The position numbers and the translations under genes were made by a program. From assembly GCF_022045235.1 (NCBI RefSeq), contig NW_027266341.1, positions 55,614,001 through 55,678,000 of the forward strand: a stretch of DNA of 64,000 nucleotides, given 5' to 3'. Source of the DNA: Haliotis cracherodii (Eukaryota). Numbering within the stretch: position 1 is the first letter of the stretch; the number at the start of each line of letters is the position of its first letter. This document shows positions 40,369 through 54,600 of the stretch, one piece after another. The notes under the pieces were generated by a model. It was not told where the DNA came from and searched no databases. It saw only the letters and a program-made list of their open reading frames with translations.

Positions 40369-40647
40369 AGTGAGTGAGTGAGTTAGGTTTAGCCCCGCTT
40401 TTAACAGTATTCCAGTTATATCACGGTGTGCTAGCTTAATGTGGGAGGAAAGCCCGAAGTGATGCAGGTCTTAGACTTTCCACTTCGGTGAAACCCATGA
40501 GCACGGGTATATTGCTGACAAACCTAAAAACATAATCGGGGTGAACCGGGATTCGAACCCACAATCATAGGTTTCTGGCGTGCCCAAGTGAGTCAACTCT
40601 GCACAGTGAATTGTGGCGCCTTCGACGAATTGGCCACCCATGCCCCC
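40369..40647 (-). mobile_element. SINE family A copy
   Basis: Reverse complement of the consensus, abutting a MULE-like TIR. Confidence 0.88.
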
Positions 40648-41640
40648 TTAATGAGTTTGAAGTAAAGGTAACTAAACATGAAATCATTGAGAAGAAACTT
40701 TCAAATTTAAGTCTCAAGCATGAGGTACAGTAGGCAAAACACATTGCTTTAGTGATAAAATTCAATTTTTCAGCATCAGCTACTAGAACTAGCCATTAGC
40801 TTGTTATAGAATAGAAACTGTTTTAGTCTACAGCTATGGAGTCAAGCCCATCACTGACTATGGCTTAATCTACCACTGTTAGATATAAGACCTGATCATT
40901 TGTCCAAAAATAAGTGTGTATCATAAACATGACCAGCAGATCCTTTCACAGCTAAGGAAAATAACTCTGTACAGTGAGCTGTTGCACCTTGGTTGACTGG
41001 GCATCTAACATGACAGGACAATGAACTGTTGAGGAAATCAATCTCACCTAAGGGAAGAATACAATAAAAAAGAACTTGAATATTTTGTGACCTTGAAATG
41101 AAATTCCTGATATATGTTCACTGTAAGAGCATAGAAATGTTCAACTGATTGTATTTTAGTGTGTTTTCTATGTTCATTTTTTTTCATCACTTACACTAGT
41201 CAACAGTCCCAACTGGAAGAGAAAAAAAAGTTTTCTAAATGTTCATTTTCAGGACGCCAACCCTAAATTGAGGCATCAAGGAATATCTGGGAAAAATGGT
41301 GTCTAAAAAAACAACACCATGTATGGTTTTAACCAAAACAAATAATGTTTTGCATCACATTTTATCTCCCAAACTCATTTTAATCCACGAACCTTCCCAT
41401 CAAACAAATGTGATTATTAACTGATTATCAATAGTTGTTTACTATATGCATGATTTTCAAGGTCAATATGTACCGGTAGTTTAAATTACAGACAATGTCC
41501 TTTGGAAAAGTTGTAATATGTATCACTAAATCGTATTTGCAGAAATTGGCCTAAAATATCGTAACGATTCCGCCAATGTCACGTCTACATTTGATTCAAC
41601 ATGTGAAATATCCGTCCAATCCGGCAACTAAGTACTTAAT

Positions 41641-42207
41641 GGCCCTGTCACACTACAACGTATAGCAATAACATATGTCGACGTTTGAGAATTTTTGCCA
41701 AAACGCCGGCAACGCTAAAACACGCTTTGGATCAGTTAGGTGTAAGTTGTATACGTTAAATGCATGCTGGTATACGTTATAGTACGCTGAGGCTTAAAAT
41801 CAATTTAGTGCATGCACATAATTTTCGGTGTATGGGAACGTATTAAGGTATGAGTGAAACGTTAGGCATACGTTAGAGGTACGCTCTTCATATGTTTACA
41901 TACGCCAGATAGGCGTTACCAATGTGGCCCGTTTCAGGCACCTTTCCCCTACGGTAAGCGAGCTAGTCATACGTTACTCATACGCTGGCCATGTGCTTTT
42001 ATACGCTTTCATAAGTTATGTATAAGTCAGTGATACGCTACTAATGCGTTAGACATGCGTTACATATACGGTAAACTCTCGTTATGTATGCACTATGGAC
42101 ACGCCAAAATCATGATTTTTCGATGACAGCTCGACGTATGACAGCGTACTAACTGTTTTTTACACGCTAGGTTCAAGTTACTCTACAACATTGTAGTGTG
42201 ACAGGGA
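41641..42207. mobile_element. Harbinger-like MITE
   Basis: TIR CCCTGTCACACTACAACG / CATTGTAGTGTGACAGGG; CpG-rich ATACG/AACG internal motifs; TSD not clean. Confidence 0.65.
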
Positions 42208-42420
42208 AATAACTGTCTTCTAGGAATAGTGACAGACTGGCCTATGAGGTAATGAACTGAAAAAAAAAAAGATATCTAAATACAAAATTTCACTAAAGCA
42301 TTCAGTCTGGACTGACACAACTGGACTCCACTGTCAGTGTTGTGTAGAACAATGTCTTCAGCACTATATGAAATACATCCTGATAAATTAACACTGTATG
42401 CCGCCATGCAGCAGCCCACA

Positions 42421-42687
42421 TCATGACTGGAACTGCCGGGATTGGGGTTGGTAGTATTGTTGGGTTGGTCGGCGCTTGTCAGGCCGGGCTTGTCCCCCTT
42501 GGAAGCCAGCGCCATTACCGCTGCGTCGAAACTCCATGGAGTTGATTGGCCCTGCGAACCCAGCCTGGCCGGGGAAGGGGGGCGGGCCTTGCATGACCAT
42601 TGCCCCTGCATTGTGAGGGGGGTTGTTGTAGTAGGATTGCTGACTCGGGGGGCCCTTGTGGTAATTACGCGAGTTGTTCGGGGGTTG
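42421..42687 (-). CDS. TDRD3: TDRD3 exon 13 (terminal; EJC-binding motif-like)
   Basis: QPPNNSRNY...[10 protein letters not shown]...[19 protein letters not shown]. Confidence 0.92.
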   Translation of the reverse strand, partial: QPPNNSRNYHKGPPSQQSYYNNPPHNAGAMVMQGPPPFPGQAGFAGPINSMEFRRSGNGAGFQGGQARPDKRRPTQQYYQPQSRQFQS

Positions 42688-45600
42688 CTGTTGAAAAGAA
42701 ACAGAGAAAATAGTGTGTGTGTGTATCTGTCAAATTGACTTAGGCCGTGAAACATAAAAGAATTCACATTCAAAATATATTTCAAAACGGAGAGCAAGGG
42801 TGGCCCAGTCGGCTAAGGTGCTCGATTTGTTGTGCAGAGTTGTGTCCCTTGTTCACGCCAGAAACCTATGAATGTGGGTTCGAATTCCGGTTCGCCCCAA
42901 TTATGTTTCATCCGCTTTTATTTACAGGCCTGGACTTGATTATTTACAGGCCGCCGTATTATCGTTGGAATACTGCTGAGTGCAGCGATAAATATCAAAC
43001 AAGTGAGAGAGTTAGTTGTGTTTAACACCGCTTTTAACAGTATTCCAGTTATATCGCAGCGTTATATTTGAACCATATACTGTTAGTGCAGCTCCTGAAG
43101 GGTCAACTTACCCAAGTTTGCTGTGAGAGGGCTTCAATATCAGACAGCAGCACTTCCTCCATATTGCCATATTCCAGGAATGTCACAACACATGTTGCTC
43201 CATTGCTGGCAAAATCCTCAATGCGTGCCATGTAGAACTGCAACAGACAACCAGGACCTGTAGCCACTCAATCACAGCATTCCAGGATGGGTGTGGGAGG
43301 ACTGTGCGAGGTACATAACATTAAGGGCTCCAATTGTCTGAACCATTGAATACTTAGTGACATGTTATAACTCATTCATCTTCCCGAGGCAAGGGAGTTA
43401 ACTGACTGTAAAAGCCCTGTTTCCTACTTTGCCGAACTAGGCTGGAATTTCTGGGTTTGATCGTAGCGCCTCCATTGGCTATTATGACTTTATGTCCCTC
43501 CTACAGACCAATCAGATTCCACCTCTCACATCACTTACATTTGCTTCAAACAAAATGGCGCCGCCCCGTCAAGACGATCAGATCAATAATCAATATCTAT
43601 ATTGTCATAAAAGGGTCTTACTTCGCGAAGTGCATCAAATCACGTTAGCACCTTGATTAGAAACATGAAAGGATTTTTAAAATACCTGTTGACGGAGTTG
43701 GCGGTACACATGCCTTACAAATCCTGCAATCGGATGAAATCTGCACGGCAGTTTACTAGAGGATTTCAGTTTCGTTATCGTGATTATGATTGTTCAACGC
43801 ATTGACGAGTTAGTCCAGGGAAAATGTAACTCCACTATTCCAGGCTGGTTTGGCGAGGATTGAAATTGGAATTTTATAGACAGTTAACTCCCTTGCCTCG
43901 GGAAGTTGTCATTCATTTTGATTATTCAATACATATTTATTCTCTAACAGGCTCTTAATGGTGCTGTTGGAATTTGGAACCCTGGGACAGAAGCAAACAT
44001 ACACAATGATGGTAACATTGTTTTTGTTTGTTTGTTTTTTGACGCCGCACTCAGCAATATTCCAGCCACATGACAGCTGTCTGTAAATAATCGAATCTGG
44101 ACCAGACAATTCAGTGATTGATATTATGAGCATCAAACTGTGCAATAGGGTTACGACATGCATCAACCAAGTCAGCAAGCCTGACCACCCGATCCCGTTA
44201 GTCGCCCCTCGCGACAAGCATGGGTTGCTGAAGACCGGATCCACCCCGGATCTAAACATTGTCCCACGCCTGCACTCACCCGACTGTCCTCCCAGTACTT
44301 GGCCATGACCTGATCTCCCTTCCTCCACGAATGACCTTCACCTTGTGGGGGACCCTCATGACGATGTTGTTGGGATTGCTGTTGCTGTGAAACATGAATG
44401 ATGTGACTAGGCTATCATCACAAACTAAAGCAAGTGTTATTACGGGCAATGGTGGTTGACAGCATGAGCAACAATCAATTGGGAAGGGGCATGAGGTCAC
44501 ATGATCCTCAGGTCACACATTGTAACTCTCTAATCCTACAGTGGCAATGGAGGAACCTGTTCTGTCCAAGAATTGCTTCGGAATTGCAGCTTTATTGTAT
44601 AACTTGCCCTAATGTTGACTGAATAAGTGAAGGTTTTTTTTACACTAGCCAGACATGTTCCAGGTTTGTAACAGCAGCAGAGCCCTCTAATTTTGTTTGT
44701 TTGTTAGGGAGCCAAGCGGTTCCTAACATGATTATCTTAGGAGCTTAAGTTTTTAGGAACCGACCGATGTTTTAAACAGACATTGTCAGTTTGCACAAAT
44801 ATATAGAATGGACGCACCGAAAAAAAGATGGCATCCCAAGGCAGTCAAAATAGTATTCAAAGGACTAAATTGTCACAAGAAATATAAGGGTCCTGGATTA
44901 TCAAATCTTACAGTACACCATGGTACACTACACGATCTCAATACTTCACAGGACCCTCATATTACCAGTGGGGACCCTTGAAATAAATTTAAGGTAAAAC
45001 CCTGTAACAGAGAACAATGACACACTCATCTTGAGGTTGATTCTGCCCCCAGCATGCCTTCAGGGAGACAAGAAAAAATGATTGTCCATTCTTTCCTGGA
45101 GTGCCCAACTGAATTCTTAGATATAAAATCATAGAAGCATCCCTGACATGCAGTGGCAGCCTTCATTCAGTGAATGTCACGCTTGCTGTTCGTGCAGCAC
45201 TCAGCAATATTCCAGCTACATGATGGTGGACTGTAAATAATAAGTCTGGACCAGACAATCCAGTGATCGATATAATGATCAATGCCTCACATCATCGAGT
45301 CTGATCACCTTGGCCCCCGATCCACAAAGCGATCTTAGTGCTAAGTCGATTGTAACACCCATTCTTTAACACTGACTTACAAGAGTCGTCACGCTAAGAT
45401 CGCTTTGTGGAACAGGGCCCTGATGCATACAGATGGTGGTTGCAATTACAGATTACTCGATGTCTTCTAACCCAGAACCCCCACAGAGACCCACTGACTG
45501 CTTGCCTGATAACCTGCCCTTTTCATAGCATTTTCGTTTACCTCATATGGCTTCCTTGATCCATCTTGCTGTGACCTTGAACTTCTCTGACCTTGAGCTT

Positions 45601-48600
45601 GGCGACTGCCTCTTTGGTTGTCAAAACGGTTATCACGTCTGTCTTCTTGGGGGCCATCGTTTTTAGAATTGTGTTGTGAGTTTTGCCGACTATTATATCT
45701 ATTTTCCTTGTATTCCTGCGGATCATTGTAATTGTATGATCCGGACTTTGGACGGGACTGGTTAAAATCTTTTTGACCACGTTCGTAAGCATTATAGCCT
45801 GACTGGTTGGACCGGGTTTGATTGTCTGTTCTCCGATGGGAATCCTCTCCCCGCTGTGTCCTATCAGAATCAAAATTTGGGAACTGCTGACTAGAAGGTT
45901 TCTGTTGGTGGTAGCTTGGGCCATCTTGGCCGTGCCTCCCAGCTAACCTTGGTGGAAGATTCTGTTTGCGATTCTGAAAGTTTTGCCCTGAGAAGTCTTG
46001 CTGTTGAGATTGTTGATGGTGATGGTTTGGTGTGGACTTGTAGCCCCCTGACCTGCTGGAGTTATTTTCATAGTGAGGCCTGCCATTGGGCCCTGAGTTG
46101 CTGCGAGTTGAGCTGCTGTCTGTAGATGACTTGTTGTTGAAGGTGGGACGACTAGAGGCACTGGACGACTTCGACTCTGGAACATAAACTGACTGTTAGC
46201 AGGCTGTTTTAGGGGTTTAAGCTGGTGTGTATATTGGTGGGGAGGTGAGGTGAGGTGAAATGGGGTTTAACATCACGTCAGATATTATTGCACTCATATA
46301 GACGTGCATGCACGTGTGTGTGTGGCAGCTTGTACTAGTCCAGACTGATGCTGATTTATAGTGCTAGCCCACTGAGATACCATGCCACAGTTTAACATGA
46401 ATACCCCACTCAGACACAGTATACTGACTCCGTATCAACCAGTCCTTGTTTTAGCCCCTTAACGCCGTGGGCCAGACAGGGTAACAACAAGTACCATATT
46501 TTAACTTCTGCTCTCCAGGCGGATGCTCTACCGCTGGACCACGGAGGTGGTCTTGAAGCGACAAGAGATGACTAGAGTGAGTTGTGCTTAATGCCGCTTT
46601 TAACAGTATTCCAGTTATATCATGGCGTGTCAGTTTAATGTGGGAGGAAAGCCCGAAGTGATGCATGTCTTAAACGTTTACCACTTCTGTGAAACTAACG
46701 AGCACGGGTATGGTGCTGACAAACCTAGGGCGAATTGGGATTCGAACCCATAATCATAGGTTTCTGGTGTGCCCAAGGGACGCAACTCAGCACAGCGAAT
46801 TGTGGTGCCTTAGACAACTGAGCCACCCGTGCCCCTGGAGATGACTAGAAATGATTGACCAGGTAGATACCACACATTGGTTCTGTAAGTGACGAAGAAG
46901 TGAAAGGTAATCAAATTAATCATAGATCACACTACCTTCCTTGACTGGAATCTTTGTTTCGAGGAAATCAAAGAGTGTGGCAGGACCACTCGGTCTGGAT
47001 GATGCCCCACCCTCTTCATCCTCATCCCGGTCTCTCCCTCGACGGCCACGCCCACCTAAACAATCAATGTTAGTTAAGTTCACACAGATGGCAAAAATGT
47101 TGCTGTCAAACTATCCTGAACTTATTAAGGGAAGCAATGTAATTACAAATTAGGTAATATTCTGAAATGTTAGGGTGACTATTGGGGCTATTTTCACAAC
47201 TGAGGGTGATTGTATTGCAATAGTAGCCCTCACTATTGCAACAGTATTGCGATTGTAGTCAACTATTGCCATAGTAGGAAACTAATGTCAAGACTTGATA
47301 ATTATCTAAATCAATGAAACACAAAATGAAAAAAGCACTGCCGACAATGTCAAACTCGACCATTTTCCATTTTCGCTACTCAAATTAAAAGGAAGTAACT
47401 CTTATTTGAAGATGTCGTAGTCCTTGCTAATCGACTCATTTGGCAGTAAAAATGTTTTCTGATTCATAATTCATGTTTTATTGCAACTAATGGTGGCCAC
47501 TGAAACTGTCAACTGTTATGCATACTATGAACAATACTATTGAGTTATTAAATTGTTATTAATATTGTACAATCATAAGAATTCCATATATTGTTACACA
47601 CATAACATTAAAGATTTGCAAGAACTGTTAAAAATACAATCTCTTTGAGTAATTCCTAAATTATAAACTCTTCAATAATGTATATTTTACAAGCTGTGAA
47701 CAAATCCACCACACCTTGTCTTGATTCCATTGGTTGTCGTCTTTCAAACTTATCTCCTCGATCCCCTCCACGACCAGGACCCCTGCCCCCCCTTGAGATG
47801 AGGGAGCTGATGGCATCGTTGACGTTGCCATTGGTTTGTCGTAGTGCTGTGCTTGCTTGGTCTGGCGTGAAGCCCATCTCCACAATACGAGCAACGTCTT
47901 TGTCACTCACATGCTGCCAACAGAGATGTGGTGCTTTACCTCACTTGGTCTATTTGCATCAACTATCAGTCTGAGACAAGCAGTAACTAATACACACCGT
48001 TCATCATCTTAGCATTTAAGAAACTATAAATCCAAACTGCCAATGGTATTTTGAACCTGTTGCAATACCCCGGCAAATGTCTTTTGTCATCCCCTCCTGT
48101 AGAGCCTCACTCTTTTCATCCCCCCACCCATTGTCTTCCCCTCCTGTAGAGCCTCACCTGTTTCATCCCCCCACCGAATGTCTGTCTTCCCCTCCTGTAG
48201 AGCCTCACCTGTTTCATCCCCCCACAGATTGTCTTCCCCTCCTGTAGAGCCTTACCTATTTCATCCCCCCACAGATTGTCTTCCCCTCCTGTAGAGCCTC
48301 ACCTGTTTCATCCCCCTACATATTGTCTTCCCCTCCCGTAGAGCCTTACCTGTTTCATCCCCCCACAGATTGTCTTCCCCTCCTGTAGAGCCTTACCTGT
48401 TTCATCTCCCCACAGATTGTCTTCCCCTCCTGTAGAGCCTCACCTGTTTCATCCTCCTACAGATTGTCTTCCCCTCCTGTAGAGCCTTACCTGTTTCATC
48501 TCCCCACAGATTGTCTTCCCCTCCTGTAGAGCCTCACCTGTTTCATCCTCCTACAGATTGTCTTCCCCTCCCGTAGAGCCTCACTTGTTTCATCCCCCCC

Positions 48601-51600
48601 CCCCACCGAATGTCTTTTGTCGTCCTCTCCTGTAGAGCCTCTACCGTTTCATCCCCCCCACTGAATGTCTTTGTCTTCCCCTCCTGTAGAGCCTCACCTG
48701 TTTCATCCCCCTCCGAATGTCTTTTGTCGTCCTCTCCTGTAGAGCCTCACCTGTTTCATCCCACCACCGAATGTCTTTGTCTTCCCCTCCCGTAGAGCCT
48801 CTACCATTTCATCCCCCCACTGAATGTCTTTGTCTTCCCCTCCTGTAGAGCCTCACCTGTTTCATCCCACCACCAAATGTCTTTGTCTTCCCCTCCTGTA
48901 GAGCCTCGGCTATAGTTGCTTGTCTCTGTTGCTCAAACTCGCTCTCTTCTGTCTTCTTATCCTTCTTGGAAGACTCCAAGGACTTAAAGTTCTCCTTCTT
49001 CTCTGGTGCTGGATACAAACAACTCAAACTTACAACCATCACACAGGAACAAGATGCTGACTAGGGAGTGAGGGAGGCTCAAGGTGACAGCAGTCATGAT
49101 AAGGTCTTCGCATTGTGAAAATCAAAGCTCATCATATGCGTGTGTTATGCACACACTGGTAGTCCAATACATATTCCAGTAGTTTACTCATCAAGGAATA
49201 CATTTATGTAGGGAGGCCCTTTCCCAGGTTGACAACTATTTATTTAATTACAGTAAATCATGAAATTAATGCGTCTCCAAAAGAATGTGAATGCTGGCCC
49301 CTAGCCATAAATGCCACTGCCTGCCGCCACTAAATTTTCAAAACCATTGCCTGAGAACCAATTCTTTTATTTTTTAAGCCTTCAGTGTGTTCATATGGTC
49401 ATCAGATTTCATGTATTTGTCCCTGTTTTCTGCACTGGCTTAAAATAATAATACTCATCATAGTAATTATTTCATAATGATTCCAAGAGTGCCCACTAGG
49501 GACCTGGAACTAAATGTGTTTGTTGTCTCACCTCTATGACCGGGATTGTAGTCATTTGATGGCATCTTCTTTCCAAATGGAACAAACAAAGGTGGCCCGC
49601 CTTCAGTCTGCACTCCCGATCTAGACTGTTTGGCTAGTTTCTGCCATTGAAAAAAAAATAATATATATATATATCTTTAAATGTAATTCCAAAACCTAAC
49701 ATTGAAAGTTCTTCATGAAAATGATTAAACATTGCGATAATCAAAACGTTAGAAAACAATTATCTGAACCCGGGTTCGAACCCACAGTCATAGGTTTCTG
49801 GCAGAATGGATAAACAAGAATGGCATGTACAACTGAGGTTGTAATGTGGCAGTTAACCTTTAGTGCCTCAAAGGTACCTCAGGTTGTATACTCCCCAGGG
49901 AGCTGATAATGATAAACGAGTGCACATTGATAAATTAACCCTGGTAATAATGTTAGCGCTTTGAGCATGCACCGTAGTCTAGTGCAATGTAAGTACACGT
50001 TATTGTTATTATTATTATAACAAAATACCATAGCTTCAAGAAATATTTATCTTGTTAATTGTTCAATGCTGCACTCAGCATGTTCAAGCCATATCCAATC
50101 CAATGGATGATATTATGAGCAACAATCCATGCTGCTGATGTTCAATGACAATCAACCAAGCCACCGAGTCTGACACCCTAATACATTTAGTAGCCACGAT
50201 GACTAGAACTGGGTGGTTTCCAGCAGTGGTTTCTGGGTACCTGGCCTAACCCGGAATCCCCACGCAGGTCTAGAAATAAGCACCACTCACTCGCTTCAGT
50301 TCCCATGTCTCCACCAACTTCTCTACTTTCCCTCCAAGACACCGGAAGTTCTTGTTAGTCAGTAACAGGAAGTTGTTCTCGACATCGACAGCGCCCTCTA
50401 GCATCACCTTGGTGCCAGGAGGCGTTCCAAGGCTGCAACAGAAGTGTTGGACGTCAACCATGTACTCACATACCAAAACTTACTTTCTCTGTTGAGAGGC
50501 TTCTCACCGGCATCAGTAGTTAAAACCTATTTCAGTTACATCACAATTATACAAAAATAATGAGTGAGTGAATTGGGGATAACATCACTTTGAACAGCAT
50601 TTCAGTAATATCACAGCGTGTCAGCTTAATGTGGCAGAAAGCCTTCAGTGATGCAGGTCATGGACGTGTCCCACTTCGGTAAAACCCAGCATGGGTATGG
50701 TGCTGACAAACCTAGAAACATAATCGGGGAGAATCGGGATTATAATCCACGATTATACGTTTCTGGTGTGCTCAAGGGACATAACTCTGCACAGCAAATT
50801 GTGGCCCTTTGGACGACTTGGACATCCGTGCTCCCTTCAAAACTATAGTATTTAGTAAGATGACACTCTGACCCCTCTTGGTTAATGTACCCCCGACATC
50901 AATGCACACTCAGTGAAACTGTGTCCCATACGTAGGATTCCTTACTTGATGTTTTTGAGGTTCTCAATTTCAATGGCTGTGCAGTTAATGTGACCATCAG
51001 TCAGTGACAGACGGAGAAGACGAGGAGCAGTTTGAGACTCCTCATTTTCTTTGGGGGCTGAGATGTTCCGTAGCTTCATCAACTGTAGCACCGCCGGCCC
51101 CTGAATCTGTATACAAAACAATATTGAATAAACAACACAACGTCACACAACATTTTGTTCTTTAATTATCTTTAATTTTATAGTTCATGTTGTAACATGA
51201 ACAACATGTTCTGCTTGTAACACCCTTATACCAAAATGATATTTCACTAAAGATTATTCACAATTCTAATACCTCTCAATTAGAGGCCCCTGCGACCCAT
51301 GAAGATCCAGGTTAGAATTGGTCTTCAGCAACCCATGATTGCCGTAAGAGGCGACTAGCGGGATCAGGTGGTAAGGCTTGCTGACTTGGTTGATACATGT
51401 CATCGTAACCCAATTGCGTGGATCGATTCTCATAATATCAATCACTGGATTGTCTGGTTCAGACTTGAATATTTACAGACCGCCGTCATATAGCTGGAAT
51501 ATTGCTGAGTGCGGTGTCAAACAACAAAGAAAGGAAAGTGTCTACTGGCAGAGTCCAACTACCTACCCTGCACACTAACGCATGGCGACATTATCAGCCA

Positions 51601-54600
51601 CTCCCTAGAGACTGAATACACAATCTCATTAAAATCAGATCTTAGTTTTCGCAACAGCTAAACACAGATCTGAGGACATTACACGTCAGAACGAGCTCTC
51701 GCAAACTTTGACCGATCAATGAAATGACTGACAAGAAATCGACATTAGTCAACCAGAAGGCAGCTTTCTCGAGCTTTACGACACTAGTTTCAAATTGGCA
51801 ACTACACTTCGAAACATATTTATTCTCCGTTTAAAATTTTAAAACTGATAAAAAAAATATTCTGCAATGGCCTAACAGTCATTCGGAATACCCTCTGTTA
51901 AACATTTCGAGGTTGCATGATCAAAAACACATTCACTTTCATGATCTGGTAAGCAACGCTCTGATTGGTTGGATGAAAGGTCGTTCTGACGTGACCCGTA
52001 ATGGGATGTCCTCAGATCTTTGTTTAGCGATAGCGAGAACTAAGATCTGATTTTAATGAGATTGCTGAATACACAACCAGGTAGAAATCATAGGGACTTA
52101 TCTTGACCTGCTCAGAGGCAGACATTTGGTCCCAAGTCTGCAGTGAATGGCAACAAAAATTTCCACATTGGTTCAAAAAGATGTTTATGAGTTAATAGAC
52201 AAAACTAATGTTATGTCTTTGCAGCAGTGGCCTATATTTCACTGATACCAGGACCAATAAACAGAAAACAATTAATGCTTAGACTCACATTATTACATTG
52301 AAGGAGTGAGTGAGTTGGGCTTAACGTCGATTTTTGCAGTATTCCAGTTATATCACGGCGTGTCAGCTTAATGTGGGAGGACAGCCCAAAGTGATGCAGG
52401 TCTCAGACGTTTACCACTTCGGTGAAACCCATGAGCACAGGCATGGTGCTGACAAACCTAGAAACATAATCGGGGCGAACCAGGATTCGAACCCACAATC
52501 ACAGGTTTCTGGCGTGCCCAAGGGAGGCAACTCTGCACAGCGAATCGCGGCGCCTTAGACGACTGGGCCACCCGTGCCCCCCCCTCATGAATGAACCAAT
52601 ATATACACATAATGCACCAAAATAATTTCAAACAATATGATGAAAAGTTGATGGAAGACGTACATAGTCCAGTCTGCCCTTGTGTAGCTCCTCCGGCAGC
52701 CATTTATCTCCCACGTCCCGCAAGTCAGTCTGCAAACAAGTAATATCAATTCATGTTCTCATTGATGTTTCCTGTGTGTTATATGTGTCTCTGTATGAAT
52801 TTTTAAGTTTATCTATCTGATGTGCTTCATGGAACACATTATAAGTGTATTTATTTGTTATTGATGTTTAAGCAACTACATTCCGGTAAGAGTTGATGTA
52901 ATAGTGAGTGAGTGAGTATGGTTTTACGCCGCTTTTAGCAATATCACGGCGGGGGTCACCAGAAATAGGCTTCACACATTGTACCCATGTCGGGAATTGA
53001 ACCCGGGTCTTCGGCGTGACGAGCGAACGCTTTAACCACTAAGCTACCCGACCGCCCAGTTGATGTAATAAATTTCATCTATGTTTCAATGTGGACACTG
53101 ACAGCTAAACACAAACAAATACACATTTTGATAATTGATAGAAAACTAAATGAACTGATATCAACTCCCCTTCCCCCCCCCCTCCCAAAAAAAATGTGGT
53201 CAAGGCTAATGTGGTGTTGGTTTGCTCACAACAAAAATAAATACAATTTTTTTTTCAGAAAACCAACATTTTTAGTCTAACAGGTTTTTTTTAAATTTGG
53301 AAAATAATGAAAGGCTAGTCTGTAAAACAATTAAGAATTGACTTTCACTTTTATGCGAGTTCATTGGAGTATGAACCTTCATAGAGTGAGGGCCAAACTG
53401 TATGAACGTTGGTGCTTGTGATATTCGTGAACGATCGTGCAGAGAAACTCTCTGACGTTTCTCAATGTTAACTTAAACAAGTTCAAAATTAAAGGGTCTA
53501 AATGATCAGAAAGAATGCTTCTGTGTGTATTTGTGCTTGAGAATTCCCAGGGGTTTCCCCAGGAATGTGGAAGTAGTCCGTCAGTGTTTACGTCATTTCA
53601 ACAACACTGTCTAGTGAAAAACTTATGAACATCCAATTGTGTTGTTCATACACTAATGAACGTCAATTTCATGGTCAGGTGACGGACCTCTCGTCCAATT
53701 GAAAACCCGTACATCGTGTTAACTTCAAATTAAAAATTTATAAGAACTTGAAAAGGCCTTTAATAGATTTTCCTTTCAATGATAGGAAGGAAAACATGCA
53801 TGACCTCATACATCGTATAAAGCATATAAAGGATTTATAGGATATACACAACCTACATCAATGGCTGTTTTGATGAGCTGATCCACTCCTCTTTTCCCAT
53901 TTTGTTCTAGCTCTGCGATGCCTTCTGCTGTCAGATGCCTGTGAAAATATAACAAGCAATCTAATTTAAACTATCTAATTATTGCCACTGGTACTTTTGA
54001 CATAAATGACATATAGGAAGACCTTCCAAGTTTTAGTAATAGTCCTACATATACCTATCAATTTCTAAATTGGGTCATGACTGTAGAATTAATAGCACCA
54101 GTTTTAATACTAGTTATGATAATTGATAACAGATTTGTTTCAACTTACAGGGGTAGAAACTAACATATTTAGTCCACTAGTCCTTATAATTATAACATAA
54201 AGCAAAACACTTAAAAATGGAAATTTCTACTTGTCCTTATGATTTTTTAACTACCGGTATTGGACTACAGGACTAGTGCCAATTTCTAACGCTGACTTAT
54301 CAATCATTGGTGATGATTGCATTTGTTACATTTTTTTCAATTTACATGTCCAAGAACCCTCTCATCCCTAACATGTTAAAAATGCCTGTTTGCTTCCACA
54401 CTGAAGAGTGTGTTAATATATGAATACATCAAAAAAAAGAATTGAACTTTTCAAATAAATAGTTGATATTGTTTTTGAATAACATTTTCTCCATAAATGA
54501 TTGCCCAATTACAACTGATCCTTGCACTGGTACAGGCAAACTGATCTATCGTCAGTTATTATCTAACCATAAACTCAAATTAATTCTGATAACTTTACTG

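Noticed and set aside
42276-46185. ORF-track proteins at 42276-42797, 43909-44328, 45538-45924 and 45943-46185
   Set aside because: They are alternative frames overlapping true TDRD3 exons or SINE sequence.
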